From: Trypanosoma brucei | Taxonomy: Eukaryota | Length of the DNA stretch: 64,000 nucleotides | NCBI GenBank assembly: GCA_000002445.1 | Contig: CM000207.1 | Location: forward strand, 2,048,001-2,112,000 | Direction of reading: 5' to 3' | Shown here: positions 41,379-52,262 of the stretch, one piece after another | How the letters are laid out: the number at the start of each line of letters is the position of its first letter | Numbering within the stretch: the stretch's first letter is position 1 | Position numbers and translations under genes: made by a program | The notes under the pieces: generated by a model | What the model was told of the DNA's origin: nothing | The model's database searches: none | Seen by the model: the letters and a program-made list of their open reading frames with translations, nothing else

Positions 41379-42653
41379 AAACGTCGCACAAGTCGGTTAC
41401 AAGTGATCTTACCTTACTTTTGTTCCCCCTTTCCTTTCCCTCTCCTTCGTTGTTTGATACCACGGAGTTTGTCAATGCTATCAATTTCAAAGGAGAAGTG
41501 AGAAGCGCAGGGGGAGAGCGAACGGAATAAATGGGACATCTGATGAATGTAGCGCGCCGTAAAAAAGAGCATACAAAATCCAGCCATTGAAATAATTATA
41601 ATCATGAAGGATTGTTATTGTTGAGGTGAGGCGGAAGAAAAGGTTGTCAGAGCCGCTACAAAATGATGATAATAATAATGATGATGATGATGGCATAAAA
41701 CGAAGCAAAAGGAAGATAGCGCGGCTTTAGACTCATTAAACTACACAGCACCACGTATACCTGCACGCTTATATAAATATGCGCACGAAAATTTCCACCC
41801 TCCCCACTGACATCTCGGCGCCTGTTTCAAATCGAATATTCCCCTTTCCGATTCCTTTTATTTCCGTTCTTTTTTCTCAATTGTCATCTATCCCACTCTC
41901 CTCCACTTCACCTTTCTTTTTTTTTCTCTTTACATTCCCTTTCCATTCATTTCACCTTCTTCCTTTCCTTATATCTAGCTACTTTAACTTTTTCGTCATT
42001 ATATATCACGGCGACAACAACAACAATAATAATAATGATGATAATATATACGTTCGTGCCGATGTTTATTTTCCTCCAAGCCCCTTTTGTGGAACGTAGA
42101 AAAATAGTATAGAAAATAATATATATATATATATATTTTTAAAAATATATAAAAGAAATATTTAAAAAAAAACATACAAATATACCAAAGTTGATTTGAA
42201 ACGCTTCCCCACTTTCCCTTCCCCTCTTCCCCCGCCCCACCACGCACATGTCCCCATGTTTCTCTCACTGTGAGCACTAAATATATTTCACTACATTTTG
42301 TTTTTGTCTTTCAACTTCCAACAACCCACTTCCAATATGCGGGCAACCGCCCTTTTCTGTTCTTTTTTTTTTTCCTTTCATCATTTGGTGGAAAAAACAA
42401 CAACAACAGAAAAAAAAAAAATCATCGCCTTCATCAGGCAAACCAAACTCGGTTATTTGTCAGGTCTGCACACGCACAGTTATATGGCACAAGGCGGAAT
42501 AGAAATAAAAAAAGGTAAGAAAATTGTTTACACAAACAACGACAATAACAATTAAAAAAATTAAGAAACGAAAAAAAGAAGGGTGGAAAAAAATATATAT
42601 GCGCCCAAACGCTCGGAATTGAACACATAATTTTTAAGCAAAACAAAAAGAAA

Positions 42654-42688
42654 GGGAGAGGGAGAGGGAGAGGGAGAGGGAGAGAGAA
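42654..42688. repeat. (GGGAGA)5 hexanucleotide repeat in the intergenic spacer.
   Basis: gggagagggagagggagagggagagggagagag. Confidence 0.9.
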
Positions 42689-43240
42689 AAGACAACAGCT
42701 GGGGGACGGGGAAGAAAAGAAAAAAAAATCACCAAACGTCATGCCAAAAGGGGCTGCAAGAAAACACGCACACGCAGACACGAAAAGGAAAGGGAAGAAA
42801 AAGAAAAAGAAAAAGAAGAGGTGTAAAAGCGGGAATGTACTCCATCTATTTGACTACAAGACGTATTATATGTGTAAACATATAAACATGCGATTTGTGT
42901 TTGTGACATTTTTTTTTTTCCTGTACGCGCGTATATCATATGAAGCGAGTGGGTGAAGAACAAAAAAAAAAGAATATTCGAGAAGGAAGCACCATAACAA
43001 TAGTAATAATAATATAATGCGAAAACAACACACCAACGGAAACAACATCAATACCGGAGCCTCCACTTATGTACATTCATACATGTACTTTTTGGGGGGG
43101 TTATCTGAACTTCCCAACGCGCTACAGTACAATTAAAAAACAAAAAGAAAAGGGAGTGAGGAAAAGAAGAAGAAGAGGAAAAAAAAGAGAGGATTGTGTA
43201 CAAATGAGCATCTCCATAGGAGTTGGCGCAAGCACTAATG

Positions 43241-45112
43241 CTACTTCTCAGTCAAATGTTTGATCCGATGCCTGTTCATCTGACCCTCCACATCTAGTGC
43301 AGTTACAGAATAACCCTGTGCCTGTGCCCAGCTATGCAATATCTGCTCAATCTGAGATAACATTCTTTTTGACACCGCAGCATCCGAAATTGTGACGAGG
43401 CAGTCATCCCCATTATACATGAAAGTAACGCATTTAACGAGGGTGCCAAATTTGTCACGAAGGGAATCTGTATGAAAGCCACGGTTATCACTTCTGTGAA
43501 GTAAATAAGCTGCTGCCGAGCGTGGTTGGACAAGACAGTCTTCATTGTCATCCAAAAAGTGCACACTAAATATGCAACCATGAACTGGAGTGATGCCGCA
43601 CAGGCGGCGGTAATCTGCATTCACCTGCGCAAGCTCTTGCTGCGCGAAAGCAAAGAGACTGCCTGTCATAAAGGCATCCCAGGCTGCATCATGCTCTTTC
43701 GGTCCACCATCTGTAGAAAAATTATTCGCCGCATCATGATAAATATCTACCGTCTTGTTTTGCTCGCTAAGGATGAGATATGTCTTCATTAGAGGTCCAG
43801 TGAGTCCGATAATGCTTTGCAAAGAAGGTGCACATGTTAACGTCCGAGTATCGTAGAACACTGGGAACACTTCGCGCACAAGTCGCTTAAACTCCACGAT
43901 GTTCTGCGGAGGTTCTTTGTGCATCAAACAGCAAAGGAACGCCAAATCCGATAAACCATTGTGAATGACGAGAGGTTTGCGCCTCTGCCGAGTGGCCGTT
44001 ACGAGAGCGGAGAGCAAACGTGTGCCGAAGTACCGCGGGTTCCGAAAGATGGTTTCATGAGTCGTAGCCTCCGGTGGTAACTTCTTCATGATTCGCTTCG
44101 AGACCCGCAATCCCAAATCCCGCATCAACGCATTAAATTTAGATAGGTGGGATTGGCTGAGGTGAGGTAAGCACACTTCCAAGCTTTCGTGTAGTTCACC
44201 GTTGCGAGCAAAATTCTCAATTTCGTTAAACTCACCGAGCAAGTGATCCCGTATGTCACAATCCGTAACCCCCTGCATCCACTGCCTCAGAGCAACCAAC
44301 TTCGCATCCATCTCCTTTTTTGGATCCGATAGCTCAGCTGCAATGCGATCAGCCCTTCGCGCCCTCGCGTATGGTTCGAATGGAACGACGGACAACCCCT
44401 CGGAGATCCACATGTTTAAATCCATATTATTGCTCCGCAGGAACTCCATCGTTTTCGTCGACAGTACCAACTCGGGATCTTGATCATCCAACCAAGCAGC
44501 GGGAAGCAAGTAAAAGGAGTAGCTGCGTGCCCATAACTGACGCCTGGGGGAGGTCAGTCGTTTTTCCCAGCGAGTAGCAAGATCAATCGCCTTATCCACT
44601 TCATCAAGCGCATCGTATGCACTCAACTCATCGTATATGGTGCCTGCGCTGGTTTGCGAGCACCTCTGCCTGATTTTCTTTCGCAAATCCTCCATTTTGG
44701 AAACATCCTTAGGATCCACCCGCCCCTTGTTTGCCATAGATTGCAAAACCTCAACCAACCCTTGGACATCACTGTCCTGCGGACGGAAGGACTGCAATTC
44801 CTTCAACATCGTTTCCTTGTATGCGCTTGAAGCAGACGGGTCACCGGTGGCACCCCTGGAGTCCCGACCGCTTTGAGGAGACAGGAGTTCAGTACCCCGA
44901 AAAATACTGAAGCCAATCTGAACTACAGAAAAGTGACGAGCGGCCGCTATCTTGTCTTCGAATGCTTCCTCTGGTGGTCGTAGGAAGTTTGTTGTGGCTC
45001 TCCGATCAATGCCCGTGAACTCCATGTCAACGGCAATGTATGAGGCACCCTGAAGAGCAGCCACAAATTCGGGGTAAACTTCTTCAAAATTGTTCCGTGT
45101 AATGAGCTTCAT
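43241..45112 (-). CDS. PARN: Poly(A)-specific ribonuclease PARN-like deadenylase (CAF1/DEDD family).
   Basis: The N-terminus, MKLITRNNFEEVYPEFVAALQGASYIAVDMEFTGI, matches the PARN start MEIIRSNFKSNL...FFAIDGEFSGI, including the DEDD catalytic D-x-E. CAF1-type nuclease-fold segments are present downstream. Confidence 0.8.
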   Translation of the reverse strand: MKLITRNNFEEVYPEFVAALQGASYIAVDMEFTGIDRRATTNFLRPPEEAFEDKIAAARHFSVVQIGFSIFRGTELLSPQSGRDSRGATGDPSASSAYKETMLKELQSFRPQDSDVQGLVEVLQSMANKGRVDPKDVSKMEDLRKKIRQRCSQTSAGTIYDELSAYDALDEVDKAIDLATRWEKRLTSPRRQLWARSYSFYLLPAAWLDDQDPELVLSTKTMEFLRSNNMDLNMWISEGLSVVPFEPYARARRADRIAAELSDPKKEMDAKLVALRQWMQGVTDCDIRDHLLGEFNEIENFARNGELHESLEVCLPHLSQSHLSKFNALMRDLGLRVSKRIMKKLPPEATTHETIFRNPRYFGTRLLSALVTATRQRRKPLVIHNGLSDLAFLCCLMHKEPPQNIVEFKRLVREVFPVFYDTRTLTCAPSLQSIIGLTGPLMKTYLILSEQNKTVDIYHDAANNFSTDGGPKEHDAAWDAFMTGSLFAFAQQELAQVNADYRRLCGITPVHGCIFSVHFLDDNEDCLVQPRSAAAYLLHRSDNRGFHTDSLRDKFGTLVKCVTFMYNGDDCLVTISDAAVSKRMLSQIEQILHSWAQAQGYSVTALDVEGQMNRHRIKHLTEK

Positions 45113-46419
45113 ATTTGCGTTTTCTTTTGGATATTCCTGCTTCCAACACCTCTTGTCACCTCGTTTCCTTTGTCTTTCTTGAACTCAATCGTCACCTAAT
45201 ACTAAATACTCTAAAAGTAATTTTTTTTTCAAAAAAAAAAAGGGAGGTTGGAAAAGACACCAATACGCACTAGAAAGAACAGTAAATTTGAACTCTTTTT
45301 CCGAAGATGAGGAATTTTTTGACAATAAACGCAAAAGAGTCAGAATATGGCTCAGTTTCTACAACACTACAAAAGCAGCATACCTGCAAAACGACAAGTG
45401 TGCCAGAGGTACAGGTAAAACAAGAGGAAATCATAAATTCGTCATTGCCTCACATAATGGTGCGACAAATCACTCGCATTGTGTACCTTACAAATTTTAA
45501 ATACATTATGTGTTGCACATGTGCTCCGGGCGTGAGACGGACAGACAGACATCTGCATAACGTTATACTGTGATTTTAAAATTAAAAAAAAAAGTGGGCA
45601 CAACAAACTTTGAATCACCGATGTGAGAAAGCGGATTGCGGGTGATAGGATGCAGAAAGAACCTCAAAATCCTTCGCATCGCAACAGCGCCAACGCTAAC
45701 TTTCCCATCCTTTGAAATCTTAACATTGCTACTACTATGTTCACTCCAGTGCCGCTGGTCTAATTAACGACTCCTGTGTATAGCTAATTCATTAAAACCG
45801 TTAAAGCGTGGTCCAAGGCGACGTTCTGAACCAACAGTTCCAAAAATAAATAAATAAATAAGAGCGGAGAAGACAGCTGAATCGATAAAAGAAAAGGACG
45901 AATCACAGATGCAAATAAAGAAATTTTTAAAAAAGCATGTGTTTCATACGTTTATATTGTGAAATATTTTAGGTGTGCGGGTGAGGAGCAAACCGCTTGA
46001 AAGATAAATACAGGCATAAAAAGTAGCTGATCATATCTTGATAGCACAAATAAACACAGCTCTCCAATCTTCTCTCTGTGATCTTTCCTTTAAATCCACA
46101 CCCCCTCCTTTTCCTCCTAATCATTTTAATATTAAGTCTCCATCGACTCCACTTACCGACGCATTACTCAAACACGTACATCATCGTTTGTTTACCTGCT
46201 CGCCACTTACTTCTCCTCTACCCGCCCACATCAGAGGTTCCATCCTCCTTCATTCGGTGGTAAAACACTGGGCGTGGTGCTCCTTATTGTTTAAACGTTT
46301 ATTTGCCTTAACAATCCGTACACCCCACCACCCATTCATTCCCATTTCATTCTTTCCCTAGTGTCCTGTACCTCTCTTTGCACTTGCTACTTCCATTGTG
46401 CAACATTCCATTCCTTTGT

Positions 46420-49146
46420 TTACTGGATACCATAGACATGATAGAGACGCACACGAAGCTGTTCGCTGTACTGCAACATTTTCTCCTGCCACAAGGAAGG
46501 GTTGTGTGCCTTTGCCGCATTCAATAACTCTAAGATGGATCCCTTCAGCTCCGCACTGGATGATGCCACGGAGATGGCGAGGTCGAAGAAGAGGTGGAGG
46601 AGCCCCACCACAAACGGAACCTTTTGACGCGTTGCGCCGATGAACCCCTTCAAAGCTGCCTCCGTGTGGGGACCATCCTTCACATTACGCATGTACATAC
46701 AGAATCGCTCGGCGAAGAGCTCTAGTGGGCATCCGGAGATTGATTCAACCTCGGGATTTGTGTACAGCATGTATCCAAGGCAGACGCACATATTCTCCAC
46801 CATATTGCGCATATCTGCAGTGAGGGAACGACCACCAAGGATGTGAGCAATTGCTGCAAACAACTGCGGAAGACCATTTGTCACATCCAACATCTGGACA
46901 CCGTTGACATCCATTTGGTTCTCCAACAAGTTACACAGGCACCATGCCACATTGCTCGCTACGCTGCTAGTGTTGTCACTGAAATCTGCGAGATTATCCA
47001 TGGCAGATTTGACGACATCACCTAATCGCTGCTGCACTAGGACGGGAACGTTCTTGGCCACATCACCGAGCAGTGAGAAGCCACTCCGGCGAACCTCAAT
47101 ATCTTCGTCAAGTGTCATTTGTATCACTGTGGAGATCAGTGCTGGGTTGCACTGTTCAACCAGTGGCTCCAGCGTCCCACCCAAGGCATCAAACAACCCG
47201 GAAAGAAGATCGCCCGAGGTCACTAGAAACTCGTACTCCGGTGGGTCTTCGCCTAACTGCTTAGCTTCGGCACGCTTCTGTACGTGGAGCAGTAACATTT
47301 GGTAGGAACGCTCGAAGACCTCCCTCGCCAAGGCAGGTTGAATGGATGGACCTATCGCCCGACACACACCCGACATGCAGCTGAAAAAGGAAAATATAAG
47401 CGGGCTATCGTTGGAAGTCTCACTCCAAATAGCGCCGAGTGGTCCCATAAGTGCCTCCACGGAGTCCGGACTCGATCGTAGTGGTTCCTCTAACACATCG
47501 CACACCGTCTCAAGTGTCTCCAAAAGCAACACACGGTTCTTCAACTGGTAGCCCCGCAGGCACTGGGTAATGCTTCCAACAATCACGGGTACCTCATTGC
47601 TCAGCTGTCCATCATCACAGAGGTTGATGATCTTCTGGAGGGCGGCAGTGGCCGACTCTTGGACAAGTTTGGATGGGCTCTGCATCCTTTGCAATACGCA
47701 CGTCAAGAAATTTTTCAGTATTTCGGCATCAGACACAAAATACTGACCGATCTGCGTCCCAGTCCATAGCGATATGCTTACAACAAGAAAATGGGCGGAT
47801 GGATCTCGAAGAAGTTGAAGCAAGCGATCGCTGATATCCTTGAGGTACGGCGTCATGAAACTGAAGCAGCCGTCCATGATTGCGCCCAGGGCCAAAATGG
47901 CCGCCTCCAACAGCTGCCAAGGTTTGCTGGGTTGCATCATATCGTCTATAGAGGTTAGCACAGTAAAAACGATCCTCTCGCCGTAGTATTCAGCAATAGT
48001 GTCGAGTGTCAGTGCTGAGACACGTCGTAAATTCCACTCTTCCACTTCGTCACCGTCACCGTCACCGCCATCTTCATCTTCATCGGCAGCCGTGTCATTC
48101 ACACGGGCCTGGTAATGTCGCGGTCTGATTTCGTCAATTTTGTCGGGGACATTCCAATCCTCGGCGTTCGCCTGCAGCATACCAATTTCCATTTCAGAGT
48201 ACACCATCGAGTGAATCAACACGGGTATAAGACTGTCAAGCATGGGTTCAATGAGTGTTGCAAAGCGTGGAAAGCACAGACAGCCACGCCAGAACTCCGT
48301 CGCCTCAATACGGATCTCTTCACCGCGCCCCTCAACTGAAGTCATCATCAGAGACATGAGATTCGCTAAGTTGTGGAACAAATGATCCGGAATGGCCTCA
48401 TGGAAGCAAAGCACCAGAACAAGGCACTTGACACATCTCGTCGCCAGCCGATCGGAAGGCGGGTTCTGCAAATTGTGGAGGCAGCTCTCCAATACCGTGA
48501 GGGCATGAGGTTGCAGACTGGCGTACGAGACATTATTGACTTCCATACCGGCCTGTTCCAACAGAATAGCCATTGCCTCCAACGCGCCAAGTTGCACTTC
48601 CTCTCCTTCGCGACCTGGAGCGACTGGTGCCTGGAGAAAAGGTAAAATAGCTTCAACCACAGCTCCTGTCAGCCGCCGCATGTCAAGCAACTGGACGCAG
48701 TCATCAACAATCTGAGAAAGAGCACGCATCGCCCCGTGCAACGCTGAGATATCGCCCCTCCGCGTGGTAATAATTTCGGTAAGCACTTTCACCACAGGAT
48801 CCACAGGCCAGTGTCCATCCCGCACCGCACAACTAATGATGGTGCACGCGACGGAGCGAATACTAAAATCTGCGTCCACCACAGCTTGGGTCATCACAGA
48901 GTTCTGCAGCCCAGGATTCTGAACACAACACGGATGCGAAAGACTGTTCTTAAGCATGAATCCCACGAGTTGTCGCCCACGAACCGGAACGTTTGCATCC
49001 ACCAAAAGCTCAGCGCAGCTTGTAAAGAAGGCATGAGGATTCGCTTTGAGCTCCAGCAACTGCGCCTCACCACGGTGACGCACACCAGGGTCCGGGTCGG
49101 ACGCTGAAGCAAGGGCGATAAGAATAGCCTGTCCCACGCTGCCCAT
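46420..49146 (-). CDS. TNPO1: Transportin-1 / karyopherin beta-2 (importin-beta family). The start is set at the internal MGSVGQAI.
   Basis: There is an importin-N-like N-terminus. The acidic loop region DEIRPRHYQARVNDTAADEDEDGGDGDGDEVEEWNLRRVSALTLD matches human transportin-1 DIRPRFHRSRTV...[20 protein letters not shown]. HEAT repeats run throughout. The C-terminus, ...RVRLYHVYGIQ, resembles human ...RLAAFYGV. The 53-codon upstream extension in the ORF track is hydrophobic and low-complexity. Confidence 0.85.
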   Translation of the reverse strand: MGSVGQAILIALASASDPDPGVRHRGEAQLLELKANPHAFFTSCAELLVDANVPVRGRQLVGFMLKNSLSHPCCVQNPGLQNSVMTQAVVDADFSIRSVACTIISCAVRDGHWPVDPVVKVLTEIITTRRGDISALHGAMRALSQIVDDCVQLLDMRRLTGAVVEAILPFLQAPVAPGREGEEVQLGALEAMAILLEQAGMEVNNVSYASLQPHALTVLESCLHNLQNPPSDRLATRCVKCLVLVLCFHEAIPDHLFHNLANLMSLMMTSVEGRGEEIRIEATEFWRGCLCFPRFATLIEPMLDSLIPVLIHSMVYSEMEIGMLQANAEDWNVPDKIDEIRPRHYQARVNDTAADEDEDGGDGDGDEVEEWNLRRVSALTLDTIAEYYGERIVFTVLTSIDDMMQPSKPWQLLEAAILALGAIMDGCFSFMTPYLKDISDRLLQLLRDPSAHFLVVSISLWTGTQIGQYFVSDAEILKNFLTCVLQRMQSPSKLVQESATAALQKIINLCDDGQLSNEVPVIVGSITQCLRGYQLKNRVLLLETLETVCDVLEEPLRSSPDSVEALMGPLGAIWSETSNDSPLIFSFFSCMSGVCRAIGPSIQPALAREVFERSYQMLLLHVQKRAEAKQLGEDPPEYEFLVTSGDLLSGLFDALGGTLEPLVEQCNPALISTVIQMTLDEDIEVRRSGFSLLGDVAKNVPVLVQQRLGDVVKSAMDNLADFSDNTSSVASNVAWCLCNLLENQMDVNGVQMLDVTNGLPQLFAAIAHILGGRSLTADMRNMVENMCVCLGYMLYTNPEVESISGCPLELFAERFCMYMRNVKDGPHTEAALKGFIGATRQKVPFVVGLLHLFFDLAISVASSSAELKGSILELLNAAKAHNPSLWQEKMLQYSEQLRVRLYHVYGIQ

Positions 49147-49684
49147 CACTGCAATAGGATAATCACCAAAATAATAATTATTAGAAAGGTGGGAAGTGAA
49201 GAAAGAAGAAAACCCTTGAGCAACAACAGAGCGTCTCATCGGTAAAGTAGTGGGAGCCAGCGGGAAAAAAAAATGTATGAAATGATAAAATGTCACCCCA
49301 CACAAAGGTAAACAACAGGAAGAAAATAATAATCAGCAGGATAACCGGACGACTACTAACGCGTGGCTTGATTGACGCTTTGAAACTCGTGCGTCGTGCA
49401 TATCGTCTTAACTTGGACGAATGCGGTCACGTTGCTATCCAAATTAATGTGATTAGTGAGGCGTTGTAACCCCACAACAAGTGAGTTGCTCATTTCAATC
49501 TCTTGCACGTTTTCTCAACTTCACGGGTGTGAAACAGCAGCGTATTCGACAAGGACTATGAAAAGGAAGGACGCCAAACAAAAAAAAAAAAACACTGGTA
49601 GAAACTTCGGCAGTTTACTGCACCCAGCGTGGCAATTATCTCCCCTGTCTTGATATTAATCGAAAATTGATTGGGCGTGCCACC

Positions 49685-50110
49685 TTACCACATCGCGTCA
49701 TTTCCCCTAGAATTACCATGGCTATCTTTCACTTCATCCTTCAAATCCCACTCGGGGTCTACACACACTCTGTAAGCCCCGCTCAATTTCCCCTGAAGAA
49801 ATACATTTTTGCATCGTGTCGCAATGGCGAACAAATGCTCGAATCGCACTGCGGCCAGCTGCCGATCCGATTCCGCTGTCAATGGAACGGACATATTCGG
49901 TTGTAGTCCAAGAATCTGCAATGCTTCCGAAGATGTCATAAGGGCTGCACTACCTGTCCCCACCTGAGCGTTCGTAGCTGAATGGCCCTCCTTCTCCTCC
50001 TCCTCGCGCAACCTCTTAGCCTCCTGCTGATGTGCAACAAGGAAGGCCTTAACTATAAGTAAACCAGAGGTGACGATCAACTTCGCAAGTTGAGGAGGAA
50101 TAAAAAACAT
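49685..50110 (-). CDS. PAM16: Mitochondrial import motor subunit Pam16/Tim16 (Magmas-like, J-like domain).
   Basis: MTSSEALQILGLQP...RQLAAVRFEHLFAIATRCKNVFLQGKLSGAYRVCVDPEW fits the Pam16 pattern (MTLQEAQQILNV...[29 protein letters not shown]). The N-terminal hydrophobic segment AKLIVTSGLLIVKAFLVA matches the Pam16 membrane-association helix. The start is chosen at MFFIPP; the ORF track begins 26 codons earlier. Confidence 0.7.
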   Translation of the reverse strand: MFFIPPQLAKLIVTSGLLIVKAFLVAHQQEAKRLREEEEKEGHSATNAQVGTGSAALMTSSEALQILGLQPNMSVPLTAESDRQLAAVRFEHLFAIATRCKNVFLQGKLSGAYRVCVDPEWDLKDEVKDSHGNSRGNDAMW

Positions 50111-50409
50111 CCGACTACAGGCAAGCGGTGCGGGCCGACTCCCAAACTTTACTTCACACATCACACGAGGGGACATGATCCGCCTCATTGTTGCTAAAGA
50201 CAGCTGCGTGATTGTGGGGGTGTGCGTTGAAACATCGAAGGAAGGGGGGATGTGTTAATTGGTTTGTTGGAGAGAAAATGTATGCAGCAAAGCCCTACAA
50301 AAAGCGTTCCTTCAATGATAACACAAGAACGAATGATACAGATTTTTGTGCGGTGAGGGGGTAAAAAAGAAAGGCAGATGGAGCGATAATGAGTACTTGG
50401 TTTCGTCAC

Positions 50410-51564
50410 CTAAAGAATCTCTGACAAAAAACGATTCCTCCGATGCTTCTGCACATTTTTCCATTCCTCAAACTCAGCCTCACTCATCTGTAGTAAAGGG
50501 CCGGTAACAGACTTCTTCATGCGCACCGGATCATAGTTGGGGCTCGAAAGCGAGCGATGCGTCTCCGAGTAAAGCGCACGGACTCGGTTTACGACATCTT
50601 CACTCATTTTGTATACTGATGGAGATGCATGGCACTTCAGCAGAACCACATCCCGCGTTGCTATATAATGGCGCTCAGCCCGAATGAGGCGGTGTGTTAA
50701 GTACCTGTAATGCTCGTGCAGAAGCGGTAACGTTCGCCGCTGCGGCAGTGGCGCCCCCCGAATGAAGCGCAGAAAGCACTCCTCCCAATAGGCGAGTTCG
50801 TCCATTGCGTCAGTTAACTCCCCAGTGGAATCAAATCCCTCACGGGGCCCAAATGTCTTAGCCTCCCACTCACGCAAACCTGCACCCCCCGTAGCCGCTC
50901 GATCTTCTTCAACTTGACGACGAGTCCAAACAGGATTCTCCTGAGTTATGGCCCGCTGAGGCCATGGATCGTCCATTTCTAGCGGAACCAGGCGCCGTAG
51001 GCCAAAGTCGGGAGGGAACGGCACGTATTTGGCTGCGTTTTCCGATTTACTCGGCGGTTTATGCCCGTACTCCTCCTCGTACATGCGCTCCTGCGTGCGT
51101 TTGTACACAAAGTCAGCGGTTGGTTTGTGCCCCATATCCCGCAACCGCAGCGCATCATGCAGGACATCACCCAATATGGTATCAACTGTGCGCTTACGGC
51201 GGTTGCGGCGGCGGTTAAGAGCCGATGCCGTTGGGTCGATATCATCAGGTAGTGCTCCCTTTCCCCCCTCATTCTTCTCAAGCTGCCGTTGTTGGTCCTT
51301 CATCGCATCCCCAACAGCCCTAAAGGGATCTTCGGCTCCTAATGCATCGTCATTGGAGTACCCGGGCTTGTCGCTCTGTGATGCAAGTAGAGCTAACGGG
51401 GTGATATGAATGAAACGTTCAGACGTGAGCTGCGAGCGGCCAAAGTGACACGAGAGGCAACAAGCGGTAGCTAAGCGGCGCATAAATGCCCAACTACTAG
51501 TTAGTTTGTGTTTTTGTACCGCGGGCCGCCTAAACTCTCGCACACAGCCAGCAGTTCCTTCCAC
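50410..51564 (-). CDS. Hypothetical protein, possibly mitochondrial (presequence-like N-terminus). An alternative start lies at 51483 (MRRLATACC...).
   Basis: A 384-aa ORF in the array orientation. The internal Met gives an N-terminus MRRLATACCLSCHFGRSQLTSERF that resembles short trypanosomatid mitochondrial targeting presequences. The product is charged and helix-rich, and I recognise no catalytic motif. Confidence 0.5.
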   Translation of the reverse strand: MEGTAGCVREFRRPAVQKHKLTSSWAFMRRLATACCLSCHFGRSQLTSERFIHITPLALLASQSDKPGYSNDDALGAEDPFRAVGDAMKDQQRQLEKNEGGKGALPDDIDPTASALNRRRNRRKRTVDTILGDVLHDALRLRDMGHKPTADFVYKRTQERMYEEEYGHKPPSKSENAAKYVPFPPDFGLRRLVPLEMDDPWPQRAITQENPVWTRRQVEEDRAATGGAGLREWEAKTFGPREGFDSTGELTDAMDELAYWEECFLRFIRGAPLPQRRTLPLLHEHYRYLTHRLIRAERHYIATRDVVLLKCHASPSVYKMSEDVVNRVRALYSETHRSLSSPNYDPVRMKKSVTGPLLQMSEAEFEEWKNVQKHRRNRFLSEIL

Positions 51565-52262
51565 AGCAAATAATAATATGAAGGGAGAAACGGCTTAGTG
51601 TGGAGACACTACTTCACAGAGAAGAAAGAAAGGGAAATAACAGGAAGGATTCGACGCGACACAACAATATGTAAATAAATTACTTTTTAAAGGAAGGGCG
51701 AGAGCAACTTCCATAGCCGAAAAGGCCCGATAATTTCCTACCCCCTTGTATCTTTCCATTTTTTTTTCCTTTTTTACTTACAAACCACCAGAAAAAGTGA
51801 AAATAAGTTCCTCTGTATCTACTGTTCATTCTTGTCGACATGAAGGGGTACAAAAGCATTCAACCAACCTAAAATCTGTCTAGACAAGTTTAAAAAGCAA
51901 ATGATATCAAACAGTCATGTTAAAACAATGAAAAGGAACAAGCGTTTCAACGCGTGAACTCCCCTCAGCCTTCAATTAGAGAAAAGAGCTTTTAAAAAAA
52001 ATAACGGAACAACTTTTAAACGACTGCTTTGAAAATATATATAATAATGCAGCAAAAAAATAAAAATAAAGAACGAACACCAAACCATAAATGTATGTAT
52101 ACGCGTACGCACGCCACAAGAAAACAAAATAAATAGTTACGTATATACATACGTGTGTCTGTGTGTGATGTAATAATTACACCTTACTTTCTGTTGAAAA
52201 GGATATGTTGCTATCATTACCGCTCCTGCAGCCGTGCAGAACCGATTCATGCATACGCCCTC

